From IMG/VR virus record IMGVR_UViG_3300010885_050098, positions 1 through 64,000 of that record: a DNA stretch of 64,000 bases; one strand, written 5' to 3'. This DNA comes from a virus. Each line of letters opens with the position of its first letter. Position 1 is the stretch's first letter. Shown here in pieces: positions 8,951-18,408 of this stretch. The notes beneath the pieces are model-generated. The model was given only the letters and a program-made list of their open reading frames with translations, searched no databases and was not told the DNA's origin. Both the position numbers and the translations under genes were made by a program.

Positions 8951-11610
8951 GGCTTCCTTCTCCTGACTCCTTTTGTTTCTCCAGACGCGCCTCCGCCTCC
9001 AGAATTTCCTCCACCACTTCCGCCAGAACGACTACCACCTGATGTGGATCCTCCAGCAGCTGCGGCTGCGGCACCAACTGCGTTGATTGCAGCATTACCT
9101 GCAATAACGGCAGCAACTACCATTTTTTGTGCTTCTTCACGTTCTTGTGGGGACATGTCTGCACCAATAGATCCGAGTGCTTGAAGTGCTTGTCCTGGGT
9201 CGCTAAATATTGCGCCAACTAATTCCGATGGGCTCTCTAGTAGAACTAGGGCCGCAGCAACGTCTGCTGTAATTATAACTTCGTTACCCTTTTCATCCTG
9301 CCTAACCTCGACTGGGGTCTCTGGTGGAAGGTCCCCATACTCAATACCAGCGTCTTTAATTTGTTCTTTAGTAAGGGTGTCACCCTCTGCAACAGACTGA
9401 ATAAGGGCTTCGGCTACAAGATCTTTTTCGGCAGCGGTAAGTTTTCCATCAGCCGCTAAAGCATCGGACAGAGAGTTAACTTCTTCTTTACTTACCTCTC
9501 CGTCAGCGTTTAGAGCATCAAGTAACTTCTCACCATCAGCGACAGAGAGTTTTCCGTCCGCTAACAAATCATCTACAGCAGCCGCAACTTCCTCTGCTAC
9601 ACTCGGGGCTTCTACAGGAGGTTCAGGTGAAGGATTTAATTCAGGCTCTGGAGCAGGCTCAGGAGCGGGTTCTTGTTCTGGCTCAGGAGCAGGTTCGGGT
9701 GCTGGGTCTTGCGGCTGCTCAGGTTGAGGCTCTACTACGGGATCAGGAGTAGGTGATGGATCAAGAGAGTCAGGATTTTCAGAAGGTATGGGATCTAGCG
9801 GTAGAGGAGGCTCGTCAGGCTGTGGATCAGTGGTTGGATCAGGGTTCAGAGGAACTTCTGGTGGAACAACTTCTGGAGCAGGAGGACTTGGAACGGGATC
9901 AACTACAGGAGTCGGTTCGCTCGGCTGTTGAGGTTGCTGTGCAGGCGCTGGGGGTGCTGGCGGCACATAAGCTTGAATCGCTTGAACTGCCTGAGACACC
10001 GCAAGAATAGCGTTATCCGCTGATTGATTTGCTGTTGATATTGTTGTTGTAGCAGTTGCTGTGGCAGTTTCTGCGTTGACTGTTGCTGTTGTTAGGTTTG
10101 TGTTGGCAACTGTTAGGTTTTCTTGTGCAACTGTTAAGTTTGCTTGAGCTGTTGTTAAATTTAGTTGTGCGGTTTCATACGCAGCCTGTGCAGCAGCAAT
10201 AGCCTGTGTACCCGCATTTGCAGCGCTCATAGCTGCTGTATAAGAGTCCCAAGCAGCGTTTCTTTCAGCTAGCTTTGAATCATATGCGGCCTGAGCATCT
10301 ACAGCAGCTTGAGCAGTTGTAGGGATAGCAGCTTGTGCGGCTGCTGCGGCAGCGACTAATACTGGGTCTTTAGTTGTAGTTGTTGCACTAAAAGCAGTAG
10401 TTCCCGGATTAGTCCAATAGCCAGTACCGTCAGATCGAGTAATACCCCAACCTAATGTTACGTTAGCGCCACCACCATGTTCGTAGTACCAAAGCACAAA
10501 GTCTTGTTGTTTATCTGTAGTGGTGTTATACGTAGGTGAGTATTGACTCCAAGTAGCGCCTTGGTCTCTCCAGTTATTAATAGCAAGAACACCATCTAAA
10601 TATAGTTTTGCGCCATCATCTGAGTAAACGGCGTATTTAACCGCAACTGCTTCTTCTGGGACAGTAATAGTTCCCTCATATTTAACAATTACATTGTCTA
10701 CTCGTCCTGAATTAAGAACTTGCCCACTTCCCCAGCTAGCTGATATGTAAGGAACTGTTGTTGTTGAAAGTGGTGTTGTTTCTGTTGTAGGTAGTGGTGT
10801 AGCTGTACTTCCACTATATGCGTACGTAGTTGCTTTGACGCCATTAGTTACAACGGTTACTTGAGACGCATCCGCTGCCGCTTGAGCAATGGGTGCTGCA
10901 ATAACTGCCGCATCTGCTGCTGCTTGGGCTGGAGCAATTTGGTCATGCAAAGGGCCTAGTTCAGCGTTTTTGTTATAAAAGTCAACGCAAGCAGATCCCT
11001 GTGTACAAGCAGCATTAGCATCTAAAGCAGGTTGAGCACTCTGTGCTGTAGTTAAAGAAGTTTGAGCATTAGTAACGCTATCCGTCGCTATTGAAACTAC
11101 ATTAGTTTTATCTGCCACTACGGCCGTAGCGCTATCTACAACCGCCTGTGCGGGCGCTACAAGCGCTGTAGCCGCTGTTGCAGCCTGTGCGGATGCTGTT
11201 GCTGTTTCTAATGCGGCAGAGGCTGTGGTAATGGCTGTTTGAGCCGCAGTAATCTGGGTTGCGGCAGAGGTTTCTTGAGCAGGACTCGCAACTTCAATTG
11301 CCGTGTTTAATGTTACAGTAGCCGTCTCAATTTTTTGTGCTACGGAGGTTACTGTTGGAACTACTACTATTGGTGCCGTTTCTGATGGGTTGGGCTGTTG
11401 GTTCGATCCAGTCGTATTATCCTGAGAAGGAGAAGTACCAGAAGTTGTACCAGAATTGGTTAAAGGATCAGGAGAAGATCCAATATCTTGAGTCGGGCCG
11501 CTGGAAACAGGAGTAACTTCATCTGCTTGTGCGGAGGTAGCCAAAGAGAGCGATAGGAATATAATTCCTCCGCTTATTATTAAGTGTAACTTTTTAAAAT
11601 ACCGTCTCAA
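8947..11610 (-). CDS. Large secreted/surface protein with PA14 domain, Ala/Thr coiled coil and Pro-rich stalk
   Basis: Signal peptide ending AQA|DE; PA14 motifs (SDDGAKLYLDG, NNWRDQG, YYEHGGGA); PEPAPEP stalk; ADGKLS repeats; C-terminal hydrophobic segment and RRRKP. Confidence 0.8.
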   Translation of the reverse strand: MRRYFKKLHLIISGGIIFLSLSLATSAQADEVTPVSSGPTQDIGSSPDPLTNSGTTSGTSPSQDNTTGSNQQPNPSETAPIVVVPTVTSVAQKIETATVTLNTAIEVASPAQETSAATQITAAQTAITTASAALETATASAQAATAATALVAPAQAVVDSATAVVADKTNVVSIATDSVTNAQTSLTTAQSAQPALDANAACTQGSACVDFYNKNAELGPLHDQIAPAQAAADAAVIAAPIAQAAADASQVTVVTNGVKATTYAYSGSTATPLPTTETTPLSTTTVPYISASWGSGQVLNSGRVDNVIVKYEGTITVPEEAVAVKYAVYSDDGAKLYLDGVLAINNWRDQGATWSQYSPTYNTTTDKQQDFVLWYYEHGGGANVTLGWGITRSDGTGYWTNPGTTAFSATTTTKDPVLVAAAAAAQAAIPTTAQAAVDAQAAYDSKLAERNAAWDSYTAAMSAANAGTQAIAAAQAAYETAQLNLTTAQANLTVAQENLTVANTNLTTATVNAETATATATTTISTANQSADNAILAVSQAVQAIQAYVPPAPPAPAQQPQQPSEPTPVVDPVPSPPAPEVVPPEVPLNPDPTTDPQPDEPPLPLDPIPSENPDSLDPSPTPDPVVEPQPEQPQDPAPEPAPEPEQEPAPEPAPEPELNPSPEPPVEAPSVAEEVAAAVDDLLADGKLSVADGEKLLDALNADGEVSKEEVNSLSDALAADGKLTAAEKDLVAEALIQSVAEGDTLTKEQIKDAGIEYGDLPPETPVEVRQDEKGNEVIITADVAAALVLLESPSELVGAIFSDPGQALQALGSIGADMSPQEREEAQKMVVAAVIAGNAAINAVGAAAAAAGGSTSGGSRSGGSGGGNSGGGGASGETKGVRRRKP

Positions 11611-11671
11611 TACTACGAATGGACGTGAAGCGTTCAGTTGTCTTCTCCCTCGACAACTTTATTTTACTATA

Positions 11672-11896
11672 TTAGCTATGTTTTAAAGTACTAAAAATCA
11701 GTTCTTCCTCAGGATCATAAACTGAAGCTGATTTTGATTTTATTTCTAATCTTAATTTTCTAGCGTGGTGACCGCAAAACATCAGTTCACCGTTAAGAAA
11801 CGTTGCTACTACTTTTGCCGCAGCAGCGCATGAATCACATCGATCCTCCGCCGTCAGAACCCGATCCGGCTGTACTTCCAGCGTCTGTTCCTGCAT
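11672..11896 (-). CDS. Small actinobacterial Cys/His zinc-binding protein
   Basis: LTAEDRCDSCAAAAKV...ELMFCGHH; start at ATG 11896. Confidence 0.7.
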   Translation of the reverse strand: MQEQTLEVQPDRVLTAEDRCDSCAAAAKVVATFLNGELMFCGHHARKLRLEIKSKSASVYDPEEELIFSTLKHS

Positions 11897-12054
11897 GCTC
11901 AGCTCCCTCACTAGTTGTTGTATCAGCATTAGTTGTTCCAGAGCCCATGCCACCCCACATATACGCAGGATAGTAAGGTATTACAACCCCACCAATTCTA
12001 AGATGACCACGTTCGTTCATAGACACATTATCGTGCTGTCTATGACGTTTCTTT

Positions 12055-12180
12055 TTATTTTTCATAATCGTCATCTTCCTGCAAATGTTTAAGTTCGCAA
12101 TCTCTGGCTAATCCTGGCACTACGTAAATTTTACCGCAGAACTCGCAAGTCCACCGCTTTATGCGTTCTTTATCGTCCAA
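12055..12180 (-). CDS. 41-aa zinc-finger-like protein
   Basis: Hand-translated MDDKERIKRWTCEFCGKIYVVPGLARDCELKHLQEDDDYEK. Confidence 0.6.
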   Translation of the reverse strand: MDDKERIKRWTCEFCGKIYVVPGLARDCELKHLQEDDDYEK

Positions 12181-12187
12181 CTAAATA

Positions 12188-12388
12188 TTAGCTTTTCTTT
12201 TTCTTTTTTGTCTTGCCGTATTGATAGCCACCCTTATTGTAATACTCACTGAGGTCTTGAGTAAGTTTACGACCCGGTGCCATCATGTATTCACTAGTAT
12301 CAGGGCGCTCTGATGACATCTTTTCTTTTTTAACAGGTTCATCGCCCGGAAGTTGATACTCATCAAACTGGCTTGAATCCGATTTCAT
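12188..12388 (-). CDS. Hypothetical protein with N-terminal SSQF tag
   Basis: MKSDSSQFD... Confidence 0.6.
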   Translation of the reverse strand: MKSDSSQFDEYQLPGDEPVKKEKMSSERPDTSEYMMAPGRKLTQDLSEYYNKGGYQYGKTKKKKKS

Positions 12389-12678
12389 TTTTCGTTTTCT
12401 TTTTTACCAGCGCGACGTTTATTTTCTTTAGCGGTGTTTTTACTGCGTGAGATGGCACGAAGGTTGCTTGACTTGTCATTGCTGTGATTGTTGTCTTTGT
12501 GATCCACGGTAATGTCTTTAGATTTGATTTTTCCGTTTTTAGACTCGTAATCAGCGCGGGCTTTATTTTTTGAAGTAGTAACCCATTTACCATCTACTTT
12601 TTTCTTGTAGACATAAATAGGGCGTCCTCCATTAGCGTCAGAGCCCTTGTAAGGTCCAAACTTCTTTGTTTCAGCCAT
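12385..12678 (-). CDS. HNH endonuclease
   Basis: VDHKDNNHSNDKSSNLRAISRSKN. Confidence 0.85.
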   Translation of the reverse strand: MAETKKFGPYKGSDANGGRPIYVYKKKVDGKWVTTSKNKARADYESKNGKIKSKDITVDHKDNNHSNDKSSNLRAISRSKNTAKENKRRAGKKENEK

Positions 12679-12956
12679 TATTCGTTTCCGTATCTGCTTT
12701 TCCGACTACGATCAAGCCAATGCTTAGCATCTGCTCCCATACGAAGTCCTTTAGCGCTTACTGGCATTTCGCCCATGGTCTTAACTTCATCTGTTGTCAT
12801 CTGTGGATTTAAACCAATAATGTATCCGCCACGATCGGCATCAGATTTTACATGTGATTGCTCTTGTTCTTTAGCGCGATTCCACAATGCTGTCTGGTCT
12901 TCACCTCTGCGAAATACTACTTGACGCTTAGGGTCATTTGCTCTGTCTTTAGCCAT
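12678..12956 (-). CDS. Hypothetical protein with N-terminal DRANDPKR tag
   Basis: MAKDRANDPKRQV; leaderless-type -10 TAAGGT 6 nt upstream. Confidence 0.7.
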   Translation of the reverse strand: MAKDRANDPKRQVVFRRGEDQTALWNRAKEQEQSHVKSDADRGGYIIGLNPQMTTDEVKTMGEMPVSAKGLRMGADAKHWLDRSRKSRYGNE

Positions 12957-13280
12957 GTTTAAACCTTACTTTGATTTTGGATAAGTATCAAGTACGGCAG
13001 CAATTCTACCGTCTTTACGAATACGAACAATCTTTCCATCTTTAATTTGGATTGGGTTAAAACGAACTTTAGGCTTAAGTCCCTTAGTCATTATATTCCC
13101 CTTCCACTTTTGTTTAAAGCATCTGTTGCTTGAGTTGAAACTTGATATCTACCATAACTAGCACGAGGACCTGAGTACATGCCCTTCTCTACCTTGCGAG
13201 TTCCGTAAAACTCTTGAGCACGCTTGCTATTAGCATTTTTACCAAAAGCGCGTTCTTCGCGAGTTTTACCTAATGCTGGA

Positions 13281-13490
13281 TCAAACATTTGACTTATCTT
13301 CATCCATTTGAACTTCTTTTCCAGGATTAGCTAACGCACGATCTTCAGAAGGTGCTTCAGTAACTGGTTTTACAAGTTTAGATTGAATAGGACCAAAAGG
13401 AGATTTAGCCGCCATGGCGTCTTGATTTTTTCTTTCTTTCTTTTGTTCAAAACTAACTACGTTATCAAACTGCCCTTGTGATGGATTCAT
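13281..13490 (-). CDS. Hypothetical protein with N-terminal MNPSxxQF tag
   Basis: MNPSQGQFD. Confidence 0.6.
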   Translation of the reverse strand: MNPSQGQFDNVVSFEQKKERKNQDAMAAKSPFGPIQSKLVKPVTEAPSEDRALANPGKEVQMDEDKSNV

Positions 13491-13831
13491 GACTTCTTCT
13501 TTGCACGACGAGCATTAGAGCCTTTATTAGGATTCCACTGTGCCCATGTAATAAAGTCTTTACGGCGCTTTTCTGCACCTTCAGCGCTATCGGCAACACC
13601 AGCTCCGCCTTGTGGCATATTAGCCCTCCACTTTGAAACAACCTCATCACGAGCTGGGGTGTTAGCGGAAGTTGCCGTAGTTGGTTCTGTATTAAATTCT
13701 TTTAGGCGTTCATTTGCATTTGCAATTCGATTAGGGTTTTGCTTAGCCCATGCCGCAAATTCAGCACTAGATGCACCCTCGGGTGGACGGGAGGCTTTCC
13801 AATCCTTATTATCTTTACGCTCTTTAGCCAT
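13487..13831 (-). CDS. Hypothetical protein
   Basis: Internal repeat FAAWAKQNPN / FITWAQWNPN; leaderless -10 TAAACT. Confidence 0.65.
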   Translation of the reverse strand: MAKERKDNKDWKASRPPEGASSAEFAAWAKQNPNRIANANERLKEFNTEPTTATSANTPARDEVVSKWRANMPQGGAGVADSAEGAEKRRKDFITWAQWNPNKGSNARRAKKKS

Positions 13832-13840
13832 AAGTAAAGT

Positions 13841-14062
13841 TTATATGTCTAAAGGCTGGTCGTATGTCTTAAGGGCTTTAGAAAACATACTTAGAACATC
13901 CCAATATACGGATTCGTGTTTTGTAAAGAAATGAAGCCCAATTACTTTTGTATCAGTTATAGAAGGTAAACAACCGTTATTGTAGTCTTTGTACAGCAGT
14001 TTTCTAAGGGCGCCGATTTCATCGTCCCTATCTTCTTGATCCATAAGCCAAACCATAAACAT
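13841..14062 (-). CDS. YozE-like small protein
   Basis: FMVWLMDQEDRDDEIGAL resembles the YozE SAM-like pattern. Start moved to 14062 because 14095 lies inside the tRNA. Confidence 0.5.
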   Translation of the reverse strand: MFMVWLMDQEDRDDEIGALRKLLYKDYNNGCLPSITDTKVIGLHFFTKHESVYWDVLSMFSKALKTYDQPLDI

Positions 14063-14084
14063 GGAATACAGGGTAGAGCATTTG

Positions 14085-14155
14085 CTCCCAGACATGGACT
14101 CGAACCACGATTAGATGCTCCAGAGGCACCCGTCCTGCCATTAGACGATCTGGGA
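14085..14155 (-). tRNA. tRNA-Gln(CTG)
   Basis: TCCCAGA/TCTGGGA acceptor stem, GGTGC-CTCTGGA-GCATC anticodon arm, GTTCGAGTC T-loop; no encoded CCA. Confidence 0.92.
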
Positions 14156-14159
14156 CTAT

Positions 14160-14732
14160 TTAGATGACTTTTTGCACTTTTTTCATATGACCAAGATGTA
14201 CCGTAGGGTCAAGCCAGATATCAAAACCCTGGTCAACTATTTTTTTACAAAACGCTGCATCTTCGCCCTCAATATCATCGAGCACGGTTGGGGTAAACTT
14301 TAGTTCAGTCATGTTTTTCATAACATGAGCCTTAACCGCAAAAAACCCCATACCCGCATATTTTATTTTAAATAAATCTTTTGTTACACAAACCGTGTAA
14401 CCCTCAACAAAGCCCTCGTAAGTTGCGGCAGCAATTTGTCCCTCCCTCATAAAATAACATCCAGATACAGCATCTTTATCAGATTCATAGAGTTTTACTA
14501 CATCTTCAGGTTTCCAAACAATATCGGAGTCAATCCAAAAATAAACCTTGCATTCTTCATCTTTGGCTATATCAAATGTAATCTCACGAGCAACGGCTAC
14601 GTGTGAAGAGAACTCTCCGTAAAAAGCCCAAGTAATCCCTTTACTCTCAAGAACTTGAATAGTTTTAAGCATGCTCTTTAGATAAAGCATCTCTACGTTA
14701 GGACCCGGTGTCAAGAACACGATATCTACCAT
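14160..14732 (-). CDS. GT2-like glycosyltransferase
   Basis: FWIDSDI (DxD), GMGFFAV, GEDAAFC, IWLDPTVHLGH. Confidence 0.85.
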   Translation of the reverse strand: MVDIVFLTPGPNVEMLYLKSMLKTIQVLESKGITWAFYGEFSSHVAVAREITFDIAKDEECKVYFWIDSDIVWKPEDVVKLYESDKDAVSGCYFMREGQIAAATYEGFVEGYTVCVTKDLFKIKYAGMGFFAVKAHVMKNMTELKFTPTVLDDIEGEDAAFCKKIVDQGFDIWLDPTVHLGHMKKVQKVI

Positions 14733-14753
14733 TTACTTCTCCTTTTTCTTGGG

Positions 14754-14826
14754 CTGTCCCACTTGGGCTCGAACCAAGGACCTAGCGATTAACAGTCGCT
14801 CGCTCTGCCAACTGAGCTATGGGACA
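14754..14826 (-). tRNA. tRNA-Asn(GTT)
   Basis: TGTCCCA/TGGGACA acceptor, AGCTCAGTTGGCAGAGC D-arm, AGCGA-CTGTTAA-TCGCT anticodon arm, GGTTCGAGCC; no encoded CCA. Confidence 0.95.
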
Positions 14827-14871
14827 TCAAGCACTTAGCTTAACGCGGGCAAATATAGGTGCGATACACCC

Positions 14872-14994
14872 TTAACTGATTCGGCAATCTTCGCAGACTC
14901 GTTCTGGTATTCCATAGACGATTACTGTCTTGCAATTGTCAGCCCAATTACCACAGGTACTGCAGTAGGCTTTCTCTGTCTTTGTTTGTTGCAT
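14872..14994 (-). CDS. 40-aa zinc-ribbon protein
   Basis: Hand-translated MQQTKTEKAYCSTCGNWADNCKTVIVYGIPERVCEDCRIS. Confidence 0.55.
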   Translation of the reverse strand: MQQTKTEKAYCSTCGNWADNCKTVIVYGIPERVCEDCRIS

Positions 14995-15259
14995 ATTGGC
15001 CGCTTTGCAGATTAAGCGTTACGAAGGATCGATGCAGCATCTTCATACGCTTCTGCAATGACCTCTAGTGCTTCTAATGCGGCTGGATGATTGTCATGCA
15101 AATTCCACTCAATGACTTTATACATCTCATCGGCAATTCCATCAAAATCTTCTGCTGTCATGTTAATGACATTGGTTGAACCGGCCTTAAGCCAATTCCT
15201 AAACTTATTCCACATAGTTCCTCCTAAGGATCTAAACGGAATAGTACTACAGAATGAAA

Positions 15260-15634
15260 CTAGTCGTTTTCATCAATCTTTGGGGTTTTAACTGACATCG
15301 GCTTGTTTCTTGCACGATCTTGCGCTGGGCTTATAACTCTGTCAAAAACAACTGATTCAGGCATGTCACTAGAGACTCGATTGAACTGACGAGACTGTGT
15401 CTTAATCTGACGAGGTTCAGCCTCACCGGGCGCAGTCTGCATCAATGCAGCCAACTCATCACGAGAAAAATCTTTAGTAGGGCGATTAGCAATCTTTTCT
15501 GAAGCGGCTAATCCTTCAGCAATTTCTGCAGGTTTTAATTTAGCTTCACGGCTTCCTCCACCTTTACCCATAGGGGCAACCTTCTTGCCTTTAAGGGGAG
15601 GGAGTTTCTTGTAGCGTTCCTGCTTTTTAGCCAT
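15260..15634 (-). CDS. Hypothetical basic protein
   Basis: ORF track; leaderless -10 TACTCT 6 nt upstream. Confidence 0.6.
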   Translation of the reverse strand: MAKKQERYKKLPPLKGKKVAPMGKGGGSREAKLKPAEIAEGLAASEKIANRPTKDFSRDELAALMQTAPGEAEPRQIKTQSRQFNRVSSDMPESVVFDRVISPAQDRARNKPMSVKTPKIDEND

Positions 15635-16109
15635 GTATAAAGAGTACTAGAGAGGTTCCCCATTTTTGCACGATTCGCATGTGTACTGCTTAGATCCGCA
15701 AATTCTCATTCCGCAGTCGTAGTACCACTGACCCATATCTTCAACTTCTAGGGCTTTACCCATGGATTGAATTAAGTTTTGAAGTTGTATGGACATACCT
15801 GAATGGATCAACTTATCTTCAGGAAGTAGGGTTTGGTAATCCTCTGAATCAAGTTTGTCGTAAGCGGCAGAAAAGATTCCAGCAATTTTGTCTAAATCAA
15901 TCATTAAGGGTATTCACATCTCGATAGGGGCAGAAGGTATCTGCAAGTTTACATTTCAGTTTAGGGTCACATACCTTGCAGACATTCTGCAAATCGTCAC
16001 AATAGCAAGTACAGCACTCTGGATCAGTACAACAATTACAATCTGCCATGGGGAGAACATAGCAGGCGGGCTACTGTGTGGCAAATTTCCCCATGTTAGT
16101 ATTCCCCCT

Positions 16110-16994
16110 ATGAGAGAAGTACAGCCATGTGGGACCGAGGCGGGCTATAAGCGCCATAAGTACTACAAGGAAGAAAAGTGTCAACCATGTAAGGATGCTC
16201 ACAACATCTACCGCAGAGCCCACTACAACAAGGATTCAAACGCGGTAGCGGGTAGAAAATACAAGGAAAAAACAAACGCGCCTAAAAAACTAAAGAAAGC
16301 TAGAAAAGCTCTCCTTATCGATCTTTACAAGTTAATCGAAGTCAAGAGGTACAAGGAGTACCTTCAAATTAAAGAACGAGCTAAGGCTGTTGGTTATCCT
16401 CCAATTATCATCACAGATCGCGAGCCTAAAGAATCTAGAGAAGAAATTACAGAAAGAGCCAATGCTAGACGTCAAGCGCAGATTGAGCGTTCAATTGCTA
16501 TCAAAACTAAACGAGCAATTGCTAGAGCAGAACAAGAAGAGATTTTAAAGCAAAAACGTGCTGAGCGAGTTAAAAAGAAAAACCAGCATGGTGTTGCCAT
16601 GGGTGACTACGATAGGTGTAGAAAATTAAACGGTATTGCGTGTGATCCGTGTAAAGCCTATGTTGCTAAATATATGCGAGAGTATGCTCGTAAGAATCCT
16701 GAGAAGACTCGTGAGTGGAGCAGGGGTCAAAACAGAAGACGTGATAAGCGAATTCAAGCAAATGGCTTTGAGTTTTACAATACTGATGATGTTCTTCGCA
16801 AATGGGGCTATGACTGCCACATCTGCAATGAGCCAATCGATTTCAAGGTTTCACGGCAATGCGGCGATCCCGGTTGGGAAAGAGGACTGCATTTGGATCA
16901 CGTATTGCCAATTAGTAAAGGTGGAGCTGACGTGCTCGAGAATGTAAAACCTGCACATGCCAAGTGCAATGTCTACAAACGCGATCTCGTGTAA
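16110..16994 (+). CDS. HNH endonuclease with two Cys/His zinc-type repeats
   Basis: CGTEAGYKRH...CQPCK and HG..GDYDRC...CDPCK; C-terminal CHIC...LDHVLPISKGG...NVKPAHAKCN; ATG 16110 preceded by TAGTAT at 7 nt. Confidence 0.85.
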   Translation: MREVQPCGTEAGYKRHKYYKEEKCQPCKDAHNIYRRAHYNKDSNAVAGRKYKEKTNAPKKLKKARKALLIDLYKLIEVKRYKEYLQIKERAKAVGYPPIIITDREPKESREEITERANARRQAQIERSIAIKTKRAIARAEQEEILKQKRAERVKKKNQHGVAMGDYDRCRKLNGIACDPCKAYVAKYMREYARKNPEKTREWSRGQNRRRDKRIQANGFEFYNTDDVLRKWGYDCHICNEPIDFKVSRQCGDPGWERGLHLDHVLPISKGGADVLENVKPAHAKCNVYKRDLV

Positions 16995-17109
16995 CGATGC
17001 GCGGCTACTGTATAGACCAAAAATACGTCACCAGTTTTTGATACCTGGTGCCCCCCGCTCTCGGGCGTGTCGTTTAAGGGTGGGGGGGTCTGCTGGGGGG
17101 TAGACCAGC

Positions 17110-17125
17110 TCGAACACCTGTTCGA
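17110..17125. promoter_or_regulatory. Actinobacterial LexA (SOS) box
   Basis: TCGAAC-ACCT-GTTCGA, exact match to TCGAAC-N4-GTTCGA. Confidence 0.8.
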
Positions 17126-17135
17126 ATAACTATCT

Positions 17136-17176
17136 TGCAAACTCTATTGACCCGACCCTATGCGCTCGCGTATGTT
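17136..17176 (+). promoter_or_regulatory. Cassette promoter 1
   Basis: TGCAAACTCTA-TTGACC-N18-TATGTT. Confidence 0.75.
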
Positions 17177-17221
17177 TCTCCTATCGCACACAAGTGCGAA
17201 CGAACCGCAAAGGGGCTGTAT

Positions 17222-17395
17222 ATGACACGCAAGGACTTCGAGTTAATCGCTCAAGTAATCAAAGCACAACGCAAGCCACACAATGACACCGCAACACTCG
17301 ACGAATTAACTCGCGAGTTTGCCTACGCACTAGCCGACACTAACCCACGCTTCGACACTCACCGCTTCATCGAGGCTTGCAAGGTGAGCGCATGA
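17222..17395 (+). CDS. Small early hypothetical protein
   Basis: MTRKDFELIAQVI...LADTNPRFDTHRFIEAC, a common phage family; RBS AAGGGGCTGT. Confidence 0.8.
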   Translation: MTRKDFELIAQVIKAQRKPHNDTATLDELTREFAYALADTNPRFDTHRFIEACKVSA

Positions 17396-17577
17396 AACTC
17401 AACCGACGAGGCGAGCGCGTTCTCGCGTTCTACATATTCTTCACAATGGCGCTGTTCGCTGGCGTTCTAGTAATGGGGGCAAACTTCCTACTTACTCATC
17501 ACCAAGTAATCGACCAATCAACCTGCCACCAAACGGAGGACGGGTTGTCTTGCAAATGGAATTGGGAGGCAAAATGA
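17392..17577 (+). CDS. Small membrane protein
   Basis: MKLNRRGERV followed by one TM helix. Confidence 0.65.
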   Translation: MKLNRRGERVLAFYIFFTMALFAGVLVMGANFLLTHHQVIDQSTCHQTEDGLSCKWNWEAK

Positions 17578-17918
17578 CACAAGGAACCGAATTCAGAAAG
17601 GCGCAAGCCGAAGCACTAGCCAACCGCACCGCGTGTTGGATATGCAAGAACTACTTCGACCGCAAGGCAGGCGAGATGTCCTATCTCCTCGCTTATGTAT
17701 TCGTCGGCAAAGTGGGAACTCTTGAACAAGAGATAACCGCTTACAACTTCGACAAGGTAGAAGACACTCGCAAGCCCGTCTTCGAGAAGCAATCTCACCT
17801 TGTCTGTAATCTGTGCGAGGAGAACCATGTTCTCGCCTACGCTGTGGAGAATATCTACCCTAACGGCGGATACCACTCAACTCGCAAAGCAACCGACCTT
17901 CTATGGGATGAGGCGTAA
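17574..17918 (+). CDS. Hypothetical zinc-binding protein
   Basis: CWIC...CNLC; RBS GGAGG. Confidence 0.65.
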   Translation: MTQGTEFRKAQAEALANRTACWICKNYFDRKAGEMSYLLAYVFVGKVGTLEQEITAYNFDKVEDTRKPVFEKQSHLVCNLCEENHVLAYAVENIYPNGGYHSTRKATDLLWDEA

Positions 17919-18181
17919 TGAAACGCGAGGACTTAGAGAAAATGATTCACTTCATGGCTGGCGGAGTAGAAACCGCAGACGAGATCAAATTCGTAGATAA
18001 ACACCTCGAAGGCTTTAACACCTTCCTACTGGATATGACTACTCACCGATTGGTTCAAGCTGGGATTGAGCTCGAGGAAGCTCAGTCCATGCTGCAAGGC
18101 CTGGTTCAAGTGAGCCGCATGCTCGGAGCTTCTCAGTTCCAAGAGTTCGTGCAGTTTCATCAAATCGTAGACCAAATATAA
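17918..18181 (+). CDS. Hypothetical protein
   Basis: Coupled TAATG start; followed by a terminator. Confidence 0.65.
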   Translation: MKREDLEKMIHFMAGGVETADEIKFVDKHLEGFNTFLLDMTTHRLVQAGIELEEAQSMLQGLVQVSRMLGASQFQEFVQFHQIVDQI

Positions 18182-18187
18182 ATAGAA

Positions 18188-18222
18188 GGGCGTCCGCTGA
18201 TCCTGGCGGGCGCTCTTTTTTT
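18188..18222 (+). terminator. Intrinsic terminator
   Basis: GGGCGTCCGC-TGATCCTG-GCGGGCGCTC followed by a T tract. Confidence 0.8.
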
Positions 18223-18408
18223 ATGCGCCGCGCCGGGGCGCCAAATGTTTGTGTTGGAACCCGCCCTCCCTGTTCCTAATCCCTAAAGGGAAGGGGGAGA
18301 GACGCCGGGCAGAAATTGGTCTGCAAACTCTATTGAATATGTCGGTGGTAGATGATTGAGTTCTCTCATGGCAAGCAACAAGGCAAGCCATTATAGATTG
18401 GGGCTGTT

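Noticed and set aside
15888-16109. N-terminal extension of the HNH ORF
   Set aside because: It overlaps the divergent gene start and is not protein-like. ATG 16110 has a leaderless -10.
17062-17071. GACAC (WhiA-type) motif, also within TTGACGTGTCAA at 23259-23270
   Set aside because: A 5-bp motif is too short to support from isolated occurrences.
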